A stretch of DNA of 64,000 nt, from positions 3,631 to 67,630 of the forward strand of contig JABFQX010000011.1 in assembly GCA_013141505.1 (NCBI GenBank), written 5' to 3'. Source of the stretch: Methyloglobulus sp. GTDB lineage: Bacteria > Pseudomonadota > Gammaproteobacteria > Methylococcales > Methylomonadaceae. Numbering within the stretch: the stretch's first letter is position 1; the number at the start of each line of letters is the position of its first letter. The translations under genes and the position numbers were made by a program. The notes under the pieces are model-generated. The model was given only the letters and a program-made list of their open reading frames with translations. It had not been told where the DNA came from and ran no database searches. Shown here one piece after another: positions 9,234 to 17,352 of this stretch.

Positions 9234-10577
9234 TTACTCCAAAAACTCAACAATTACTGCCGCTCCACCTAATAGGCTCTGCTCTATATGCAAGCAACCA
9301 TTATAAGTATCTATAATGTCGGCGGCGACTGTCAGGCCAATGCCATGCCCGGGCGTGAATTCATCGGCTCGACCGCCGCGTTGCAGGATGTGATCAAGAT
9401 GCTCAGGTTTGATGCCTGGGCCATCGTCGTCTATCCGCAAAATGACGATGCCTGATTTTTCTTGGTAGCCTGAAAGTTGTATTTTGCCCTTGCTCCATTT
9501 AAATGAATTATCAAGAAGGTTTCCGAGGATTTCGATGATGTCTGACTCATCACAGCGTAACGTCAAGGTAGGGCTTAATTGATTGTCCACAATGATGTGT
9601 TTATCGCCATAAACTTTGTTTAAAGAGGCAATGATCCGTTCTGCGACTCCATAAACTGCAAGGCTCTGTGTAGTAACCAAGCTCCCGGCAGCGCCGGCAC
9701 GTTGCAATTGCCGTTCAACGATCCGCATCATGCGCGTGCTTTGTTCGCCGACAACAGCAGGTAAATTGTCAGGTTGGTCTTGTGCGCCCGACAACACGGT
9801 TAAGGGTGTTTTAAGGCTGTGGGCCAGATCAGCCAAGGCATTTCGATAGCGGATTTGCCGGTTATGCTCTTTTGCCAACAGGGTATTGATATTATCGGTC
9901 AGCTTTTTTATTTCTCTTGGGTATGGGCCATTGATTTGCTTTTGCCCGCCCACGTCGATGGCATTCAGTTCTTTGCTGACTATCCTGAGAGGAGCCAATC
10001 CCCAGCGTAACAGTAACACTTGCGTGATAAGTAACAGAACGCCTACGCCAACCAAGCCGCCCCATAATTGGTATCGGTAAAGATAAATCTGTTTATGTAG
10101 GGGAGCCAATTCATTCATCAGATAAAAGTTGTAAGAATAGACCCCGGATTTAACGGTGCGTTGAAAACCAAAACCGAGCAGATAATAATCCTTGCCGTCA
10201 TCCATTTGTACCTGAGTCCAGCGTTTTTCGCCTACCTGTAAGGTAAAGGTCTGTGGTATTGGTCGACCATATAAGGAAGGTGAACGCCAGAGCAGACTAT
10301 TATTGTCGTTGCGACCAATAAATGCATAAGAACCTGAATTGGGCAGGGCAAGCTGCGGATAAGGCAAGTTCAACGGTAACGGCATGGTCAGTTTACCGTG
10401 GGTGTCGATATCAGAAACCGCGAGCAGTTGATAAATCTGCTCCAGCATACGTTCTCTTAATGACATTTCGGTGCTTTTCCAAAAAGCATTGTCCAAGACC
10501 ATACCCGTTGCGGTTAAAAAAATGATTAACACCACTATGACCGTGATGTTGAGTCTAAAGTACAGCGAATTGATCAC
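9234..10577 (-). CDS. Sensor histidine kinase, PhoQ/CarS-like
   Basis: Two TM helices, HAMP (YPREIKKL), H-box LAHSLKTPL, N-box GNLLDNSFK, DDDGPGI, GHGIGL. Confidence 0.93.
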   Translation of the reverse strand: MINSLYFRLNITVIVVLIIFLTATGMVLDNAFWKSTEMSLRERMLEQIYQLLAVSDIDTHGKLTMPLPLNLPYPQLALPNSGSYAFIGRNDNNSLLWRSPSLYGRPIPQTFTLQVGEKRWTQVQMDDGKDYYLLGFGFQRTVKSGVYSYNFYLMNELAPLHKQIYLYRYQLWGGLVGVGVLLLITQVLLLRWGLAPLRIVSKELNAIDVGGQKQINGPYPREIKKLTDNINTLLAKEHNRQIRYRNALADLAHSLKTPLTVLSGAQDQPDNLPAVVGEQSTRMMRIVERQLQRAGAAGSLVTTQSLAVYGVAERIIASLNKVYGDKHIIVDNQLSPTLTLRCDESDIIEILGNLLDNSFKWSKGKIQLSGYQEKSGIVILRIDDDGPGIKPEHLDHILQRGGRADEFTPGHGIGLTVAADIIDTYNGCLHIEQSLLGGAAVIVEFLE

Positions 10578-10590
10578 GCGTAGTTATCGC

Positions 10591-11256
10591 TTAATTCAGC
10601 CTATAACCCCGACCGTGCAAGGTTTCAATAGGTTGTCGAATACCTTCCGGGTCAAGCTTACGTCGTAAGCGTCCAACCAGTACGGTCAGTACGTTGCTTT
10701 CAGGGTCAGCGTCGTGTGGGTATAGGTAGCTTCGCAGTTCGTCTTTTGAAACAACCTTGCCTTGTTTTTTTGCTAGATATTCCAACATTCTATATTCAAA
10801 GCCGGTGAGTTCTATTTTTATCTCGTCAACCATAGCCTGTTGAGTCTCTAAATTGAGCGTCAGGCATCCGCAGGTGATGAGTGCCTGATGAGTGCCAATC
10901 ACCCTACGTATCAAGGCTTTTAAGCGTGCAGATAATTCTTCCATCTGGAAAGGTTTTGCCAAATAATCATCCGCTCCAGTTTCCAGTCCTACAACGCGCT
11001 CTTGCCAGCGTCCGCGAGCCGTAAGGACGAGTATGGGCAGACAGCTGCCTTGTTCGCGCAGGCGTTTGATGATGTCTAGACCAGAGATACCGGGCAAGCC
11101 TAGGTCGATAATGGCGGCATCGAGCGGGTACTCGGTTGCAAAATACAAACCTTCCGAGCCATTTCCGGTTTCATCAACGTGATAGCCGTCTTTTTCCAGT
11201 TGTCGGCGAACCTGAGAGCGGATGTCGATATCATCCTCAATAATAAGAACACGCAT
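10591..11256 (-). CDS. OmpR/PhoP-family response regulator
   Basis: IIEDD, IIDLGLPG, LVLTAR, GADDYLAKPF, winged helix ETLHGRGY. Confidence 0.95.
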   Translation of the reverse strand: MRVLIIEDDIDIRSQVRRQLEKDGYHVDETGNGSEGLYFATEYPLDAAIIDLGLPGISGLDIIKRLREQGSCLPILVLTARGRWQERVVGLETGADDYLAKPFQMEELSARLKALIRRVIGTHQALITCGCLTLNLETQQAMVDEIKIELTGFEYRMLEYLAKKQGKVVSKDELRSYLYPHDADPESNVLTVLVGRLRRKLDPEGIRQPIETLHGRGYRLN

Positions 11257-11549
11257 GCTTGTTATTTTTTGCCTGTATCCTGCACAGATCTTTTTAGATC
11301 TTGAAGTTTATCTTCTTACATTTAAAAATATCAAACTCCGATTCTACCTTAAATCCGTACAAGCGAGACGTTTCCATTCGCATAGCAAAAAATTAATAAT
11401 TACATTGGAAATTATTGCTCCAGTACGGGTATTTTTTTAAAAAATAGGTAGTGGTAGCTATGCTCCAGATATTGGGGTTTTGATAAGGAAGGGCAGGCTT
11501 TCCATTAAGTGCTCATCGCTATAATCTGGAGCATAATAAATAATCCTTT

Positions 11550-11990
11550 TTAGAGACAAGCCGCAAATTGGCAAGATGGCGCTATGCGACCGACAAACGA
11601 ACCGTTCGGGCATCGTTTGACATCCTGAGTGCAAAATGCGGTAGCTTGTGGGCACGCTGTTGTCAGGTGCAATGAATAGGCAGTCGTGTTGAGGTTAGGT
11701 TTAATCGTCCGCAATTGTTGCACAAAGGCAGGAAAACTTTTGGTGAACGGGGAGGCTTGGGCGCAAGCCGAATAACCGCCTTCTTTGCCGTAACCCGAAA
11801 CATTAAAGTTGTCTATGATGCCATTGGTGATCGCATTGCCAATCGTTCGTTGAACCATACGAAACGCCAGTGCATCAACGGCGGGGCCTTTGCCGCCGAT
11901 GGTAATTTCAACTGCATTGTTTACTGCCATTGCGGATGTTGACAGTGACACCAAGAGCATAAAAAACAAATGTAACTTTGATTTGTTCAT
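11550..11990 (-). CDS. Exported hypothetical protein with C-terminal 4-Cys module
   Basis: Signal peptide MNKSKLHLFFMLLVSLSTSAMA (RBS ggag before ATG 11990); ends in CTQDVKRCPNGSFVGRIAPSCQFAAC. Confidence 0.75.
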   Translation of the reverse strand: MNKSKLHLFFMLLVSLSTSAMAVNNAVEITIGGKGPAVDALAFRMVQRTIGNAITNGIIDNFNVSGYGKEGGYSACAQASPFTKSFPAFVQQLRTIKPNLNTTAYSLHLTTACPQATAFCTQDVKRCPNGSFVGRIAPSCQFAACL

Positions 11991-12255
11991 ATCGATCTCC
12001 ATTTTTACTTTTTGGTTGATTAATTAGGGTTTTGAATGCTGTCCGTAGTGGCGATATGCTTAAAAACACGAAACAGGCGATTGAAACCTAATGGATGTCA
12101 AAAGCGGGTGAATAAAATAGCTGTCCTAGGCTACTAGATAATACCAGTATACAAAACGAATGGTGAATGAATTGTTAACGAAAAAACTCACTCGCAGAAG
12201 CAGGTTTTGTTCGTTATTATATTTGCTAATCGTGACTTTCCCATAGAGTTCAACT

Positions 12256-13203
12256 ATGAGTATAAACTATTGCTTCGCTTTTATTGGAGGCTACTTTAAG
12301 CATCTAAATTGGCTGCTGTTGAGTGTATTAATCAGCCTAATTTGGGCTGGCGAGGCGGTGGCGTTTACATTGGATGTTAAGGTGATTGGTGGGGTCGGCG
12401 GTCATGTTGCCAGTGATCAAGGCATTAAAGAATGTTTTAGCAACTGTACTCTTCATACGACACCGGGTACATTTGTGAATTTGCTTGCCATACCCGACAA
12501 GGGCTATCGCTTTCTAAGCTGGCAAGATGCATGCGCCAATACCACAGGGTCATTGTGTACGCTTCGTTCTGTTGATAACGCCAAACTATCTGCCCGTTTT
12601 GCCAAAATAGACAAGCCACAACCGCAAACCAAAGTCCTATTGCTGCTTCATGATGAAGGTGAAAGGCACTGGGTTTGGAATGAATTTGTCGCCCAATATT
12701 TTGACAATCAATGTCCGACAATTTATGGAGGCGTTGTGTTGGGCGAAGATTCAGCCAATTCCCATAATCATGTGCATTGTTACCGTATTAAGTTTGGTTA
12801 TTACAGGCTGCTAAATCTCGGTCAACAAAACACTTATGACAACAATATTGTTCAAGTGAATGAGTTGGCTTCAACCGAGCAATTAGCAGATGAAGTCAAA
12901 GCCGCTGTAATCGGCATATTAAATCGACATAATAATCTCAATTTGATGCTGATTGGGCATGAGGGCGCAGCAATAGTTGCGGAATCTTTTTTAACAAGCA
13001 ATATTGCAAAGTCCAGTGCGATCATAGGCTTGTTAAAACTTAAATCGACAGGGCAAGATAACCTCTACACAGACTTAAACTCAACGCCAACGTCCTTTGA
13101 CGATACTACTGTTTTTAAACTCAACGCAGGCCCGCAGCAAGTCGGAAAAATTAGCGCAGCACTCGCGCAGATGGATGATTTCTGGTGGCTGAGTCGGTGG
13201 TAA
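12256..13203 (+). CDS. Exported protein: InlB B-repeat-like domain plus degenerate alpha/beta-hydrolase-like domain
   Basis: Signal peptide; VNLLAIPDKGYRFLSWQDAC...CTL is typical of bacterial B-repeat domains; VLLLLH and LIGHEG resemble hydrolase strands but lack the nucleophile Ser. Confidence 0.55.
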   Translation: MSINYCFAFIGGYFKHLNWLLLSVLISLIWAGEAVAFTLDVKVIGGVGGHVASDQGIKECFSNCTLHTTPGTFVNLLAIPDKGYRFLSWQDACANTTGSLCTLRSVDNAKLSARFAKIDKPQPQTKVLLLLHDEGERHWVWNEFVAQYFDNQCPTIYGGVVLGEDSANSHNHVHCYRIKFGYYRLLNLGQQNTYDNNIVQVNELASTEQLADEVKAAVIGILNRHNNLNLMLIGHEGAAIVAESFLTSNIAKSSAIIGLLKLKSTGQDNLYTDLNSTPTSFDDTTVFKLNAGPQQVGKISAALAQMDDFWWLSRW

Positions 13204-14402
13204 AACGCTATGTCATGATGATTGCTTGTGGGGTATTAACCATTACGTTATGGTTTTGGTGGGATCAAGGATTGCAGTCTTCGGGTGTATCGAGCAAAAA
13301 AACGAAAAAACGCCATCAGCCCAGTATTCCCCTCGAACAAAGGCCCGTAAGCAATTTTTCAAATATGCCTTTAATCGATTCATCTGTTGTCGCAAACTCA
13401 GAAACTCAACCGTATCTGTACAGCGATCGTGTCAACGTAACCCCCCAATCAATCGCAAAACAACGCAAGTTGGATAATGCTGATAACGCGAGAATGCATA
13501 AGCAAACCCCAGCGCAACTGTGGCAAAACTGGAAAAAACAGCTTGAGCGCGGTGAATTTCAACGCATTCCAATTCTCGGGACATTGCTTTCCGAAAGGCT
13601 ACGCAAATACCCTGACCTGAGCGTTTACGAAAGTATTGCTAACATACTAAGCCAGCCAGACGTGCCAATAGAAAACAAGGTGCTTTTGCTCGATTTATTA
13701 ACGGAGATTGCGACACCGCAAGCACTTGCCCAGCTAATTGAATTAGCGGAAACTGAAATAAACTCTTCAATGTACATGCTAATTGTACAAGCCATTTCGC
13801 GTATTGGCGATAACCGCTGGGATGGTAAATTTCATGATGAACTCTCCCCCGTTCTGGAAGCTGCCTGGGCAGATCCGCCTGCCAATACCGATCAGATCTT
13901 CATCCGCGCAGTGGGTAAAGCCATTGCCGAAGTGGGTGCGGCTGATGGAGTCAATGCCTTATTGCTTACCGTGTCCGGTAAAAATAACACCAAAAAGACA
14001 GAAGAATATGAACGAATCAAGCAAGAAGTGGCGCTTAAAGCCATCCCTCGTGTTCGTAATCCTCACGCTATTGAAGTACTCAATACTCAGCTAGTAAAAG
14101 CACCTATCGGAACTGCCGCCTTTGAAGTCAGCGGCAGTGCTCTATCGGCTATGAGTACGCCCAAAGCGACACAAAAAATCGTGGCTTGGGCACAAAAAGC
14201 ACCGGATGAAGGTGCTAGAAATCTACAATATTGGTTAACCAAGGTGAGCGATGCAAGCTCAGTGCAACTGGTCACGGCGGCACAAAAACTACCCATCAAT
14301 AGTACGAAAATAACTGCCGTACTTAATGATTTTGTCTCAAGCAGTTCTACCAGCATGGTATTGCCCAAGGCTATTTCGAGCGCTGATGTTCCGCGACGAT
14401 GA
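13185..14402 (+). CDS. Membrane-anchored HEAT-repeat-like protein
   Basis: N-terminal TM (IACGVLTITLWFWW), then repeated helical units (LTEIATPQALAQL, AIAEVGAADGVNALL, ALSAMSTPKATQKI). Confidence 0.55.
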   Translation: MAESVVKRYVMMIACGVLTITLWFWWDQGLQSSGVSSKKTKKRHQPSIPLEQRPVSNFSNMPLIDSSVVANSETQPYLYSDRVNVTPQSIAKQRKLDNADNARMHKQTPAQLWQNWKKQLERGEFQRIPILGTLLSERLRKYPDLSVYESIANILSQPDVPIENKVLLLDLLTEIATPQALAQLIELAETEINSSMYMLIVQAISRIGDNRWDGKFHDELSPVLEAAWADPPANTDQIFIRAVGKAIAEVGAADGVNALLLTVSGKNNTKKTEEYERIKQEVALKAIPRVRNPHAIEVLNTQLVKAPIGTAAFEVSGSALSAMSTPKATQKIVAWAQKAPDEGARNLQYWLTKVSDASSVQLVTAAQKLPINSTKITAVLNDFVSSSSTSMVLPKAISSADVPRR

Positions 14403-14696
14403 TTTAACCAGGAAAATTACGTCACCGAGAGGTTTAATGCATTTATTCTAGGGTATTCGCATTACCGTGTGGAAAATACCTGAAAAACCATACTGAAATC
14501 TGATGTCATAATCGCAAAACTGTGTGGAAACGTAAATAAACCAACATTTTTATAAAAACGCAGTCTATTTCAAACATCCCGTATTCTTGCATGAACTGGG
14601 AAAGCTGTTACCTCATTGATTAAACCCAAATTATTAGCGTTGGTTGGCGATTCATAAGATTATGCTTATAAAACCTAGCATTACCTATATAGCGCA

Positions 14697-15227
14697 TTGA
14701 CAATGACAGCAATCTCCTCACTCGATATGGCTTCATATTGGAACCAAGCTCTGGCTGATGAGTTGTTGCGCTTTCTGACCGGGCGGCTCAAATGTCCGGA
14801 GGTCGCCGCTGACCTGACCCAAGAAACCTACCTGCGGTTTCACCAATTTATCCAAACCACACCGCCCAATAACGCCCGCGCTTTGGCGTACCGTATCGCC
14901 GTCAATCTGGCAAATGATTACCAGCGCAAAGTGAAAGTCAGGGGCACCTATAATGCGGATACTGACTTCACCATTCTTGAAGATATACATCCAAGCGCAA
15001 TGCCAGGGCCAGAACAGGTCGTCATGGCGCAACAACAGCTCCAATGCCTACAGGATGCGCTCGATGAACTCAGCGAAGAATGCCGCACCGCCTTCCTGCT
15101 GCATAGCGTCCACGGCCTAACCTATCCGGAAATCGCCGCCGAACTGGGTATTTCACGGTCTTTGGTAGGCAGGCATTTGGTAAAAGCCTTAGCCCACAGT
15201 AAGCAGCGGCTGAAAGCCTCAGAGTGA
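14697..15227 (+). CDS. ECF sigma factor, FecI-like
   Basis: AADLTQETYLR, AYRIAVNLAND, CRTAFLLHSVHGLTYPEIAAELGIS; directly upstream of fecR. Confidence 0.9.
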   Translation: MTMTAISSLDMASYWNQALADELLRFLTGRLKCPEVAADLTQETYLRFHQFIQTTPPNNARALAYRIAVNLANDYQRKVKVRGTYNADTDFTILEDIHPSAMPGPEQVVMAQQQLQCLQDALDELSEECRTAFLLHSVHGLTYPEIAAELGISRSLVGRHLVKALAHSKQRLKASE

Positions 15228-15315
15228 CAACCTTGAAATTTATTCAAAGGAATGGCGATCAATTTCGGGTCTCAAACGTCTTATCAAGTACCACCCCTGG
15301 TAAGCTTGAAACGTA

Positions 15316-16497
15316 ATGGCCTTGCAATCTGACCAAGCCGAACTGCCCGAATTGACGCTACAGGCCATTGAATGGCTGGTAAGGCTGCGTTCCGATGATA
15401 TGGATGAAGCGGAAACCCATGCCTTTGCCGATTGGTTGTCGGAAGATATTCACAATGCCGAAGCCTTTGCCGATGCGGAAAATTTGTTCCAAAATTTGAC
15501 CATTGCCGCACAAAGCCCCAAGGTGATCTCACCGAGCCTTGCCGAACCTAACACAACACAAATCAGCACACTGCCTGTCCCCAGCCCGATAAACAAGCCG
15601 AAGGAATCCCTGAGCAAGTTGACTCCGATCATGGTTCGACGACCAACGGAAGTGCCTGTGGTGCAAGCTCACCACGAACGGAATCAACCACTTGCCGTTC
15701 GTCCTGAGCCTGTCGAAGGACTTGTTCAGAGATTCCTAAATAAAGGCTGGCTTGCGTTACCTTTGGCTTTGGCGGCGGCCTGGCTGTTCGCAGTGGTATT
15801 GATAATGCCCAAACAAGCACACCTGTTCGACGACTACCTCAGCGATTACCACACCAACACCGGCGAGGTGCGGGAAGTGCAACTTGCCGATGGCAGCCAA
15901 CTCCTGCTTAACACCAATACAGCGGTTTCGGTGGAATACCAGACTTCTTTACGGAAAATCGTATTGCATCACGGTCAAGCGCGGTTTACGGTTGCCAAAG
16001 ATAACCAACGTCCGTTTGAAGTCAAGACTAGCGGGCTATTAGTCCGTGCCTTGGGTACGGTTTTTGAAGTTTACAACCCAGAATCGAGCGAAACCCGCGT
16101 GACTGTCCAGGAACATGCCGTTGCAGTCCGGCTTCAACCGGAAACCTTCATGACTGGAAGCGAGCAACCAACAACAAAAATCGTGCAGGAAGGGCAACAG
16201 CTAAGCTATGTCGGCAATGGCATGCTTAACCCGCCAGAACCGACTGATCTGGCACAAACCAGTGCTTGGCAACAGCGCAAACTGTCCATCAACGACCGCC
16301 CGTTAGGGGAATTGATCGCCGAACTCGATCGTTACCGCGTGGGCCGTATCTTCCTTTCCGATGCCAAGTTCCTTAACCTGCGTGTGGTCGGCGTATTTTC
16401 CTTGGCTGACCCTGATGCGGTACTAAAAAAAGTCTGTAAAGTGCTGGCCTTAGAACAAACCCACCTAGGCCCGTATTGGATAGTGCTGCATCGTTGA
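15316..16497 (+). CDS. FecR-family anti-sigma factor with ~46-aa insertion
   Basis: AIEWLVRL...FADWL N-domain, TM helix, YHTNTGEVREVQLADGSQLLLNTNT, VRALGTVFEV, AWQQRKL, VVGVFSL. Confidence 0.92.
   Translation: MALQSDQAELPELTLQAIEWLVRLRSDDMDEAETHAFADWLSEDIHNAEAFADAENLFQNLTIAAQSPKVISPSLAEPNTTQISTLPVPSPINKPKESLSKLTPIMVRRPTEVPVVQAHHERNQPLAVRPEPVEGLVQRFLNKGWLALPLALAAAWLFAVVLIMPKQAHLFDDYLSDYHTNTGEVREVQLADGSQLLLNTNTAVSVEYQTSLRKIVLHHGQARFTVAKDNQRPFEVKTSGLLVRALGTVFEVYNPESSETRVTVQEHAVAVRLQPETFMTGSEQPTTKIVQEGQQLSYVGNGMLNPPEPTDLAQTSAWQQRKLSINDRPLGELIAELDRYRVGRIFLSDAKFLNLRVVGVFSLADPDAVLKKVCKVLALEQTHLGPYWIVLHR
15601..15738. repeat. Palindromic (REP/MITE-like) element inserted in frame in fecR
   Basis: Terminal IR aggaatccctgagcaagt (15602-15619) / acttgttcagagattcct (15720-15737), 16/18 match; inner IR ...aagctcaccacgaacgg / ccgttcgtcctgagcctgtcgaa; 138 nt = 46 codons. 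Confidence 0.75.
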
Positions 16498-16545
16498 CAT
16501 AGCGAAGATTGATGCCAAAGCTGCTATATCTAATCAGAAAGCTAC

Positions 16546-16932
16546 CTAACCGCCCCCTTTTTTGGAGAAATAAACAACCTCGGGTAAATCCTGAAAATGG
16601 TCGTCAGCCGTTATCAACAGCACACCAAGCTGGCTGGCGGTAGCATAAATAATCGCATCGGCAAACGAAAACCGATATTGCAAAGCCAAGTCTGCCGCAT
16701 ACAAGGACAGTCCTGTATTTAGCGGTATAACCCGGCCTTCTTCGGTCAAAGCGATCACTTCCAGTGCTTTGACTTCGCCTTTTTCCCGCTTTGCCCATTT
16801 GTAAAGCTCAAACTGCAAGGTGGTAGGAATAACCAGTTCAGCCGGGTTTTCCATATAAGGCGCAAAGTCATCAGCCAAAACTCCATCGGTCAGCCACTCT
16901 ATCCAGCCGCAAGTATCAACCAAACACGCCAT
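16546..16932 (-). CDS. vapC: PIN-domain toxin (VapC family)
   Basis: LVDTCGWIE, LQFELY, FSFADAIIYATA, LITADDHF PIN acidic residues. Confidence 0.88.
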   Translation of the reverse strand: MACLVDTCGWIEWLTDGVLADDFAPYMENPAELVIPTTLQFELYKWAKREKGEVKALEVIALTEEGRVIPLNTGLSLYAADLALQYRFSFADAIIYATASQLGVLLITADDHFQDLPEVVYFSKKGGG

Positions 16933-17147
16933 TAGATACGGTCTTGGTGATCCCTGTAATTATCAGGATTGCACCCCGAAAAGCTGCCTTTGGCCGCTTT
17001 TAATGAACGCACAGGAACCAACTCAATAATATTGCCTTTGGCGATTAACGTAAACTGCTGCCCCGCTTTCAGGTCAAGCTGGTCACGTAATGCTTTAGGG
17101 ATTGCCAATTGAAATTTACTGGATAACTTGACTGAAATCACACACAC
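16932..17147 (-). CDS. vapB: AbrB/MazE-fold antitoxin (VapB)
   Basis: KLSSKFQLAIPKALRDQLDLKAGQ AbrB signature; stop overlaps the toxin start. The true start may be GTG at 17141. Confidence 0.85.
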   Translation of the reverse strand: MCVISVKLSSKFQLAIPKALRDQLDLKAGQQFTLIAKGNIIELVPVRSLKAAKGSFSGCNPDNYRDHQDRI

Positions 17148-17352
17148 CTCTTTTATTTAATCGATAGCATAAAAGTAAAATAATAAGTCCTGCGCGTTTA
17201 TTAAGCAAGGGCACAGCGGGTTTTCTGGGCAAAATGGGATGACAGTAAAATTCCCGAAATTTAATCCAGCCTAAAACAAATTTCACAAATTGTGAGTCAC
17301 TTTTTTTCTGAAACGTCATATAGGGAAAGAACTATATTTTCTAGGAGAAAAC

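Noticed and set aside
14403-14696. Fur box upstream of the ECF sigma gene
   Set aside because: No convincing match to GATAATGATAATCATTATC; only generic AT-rich sequence.
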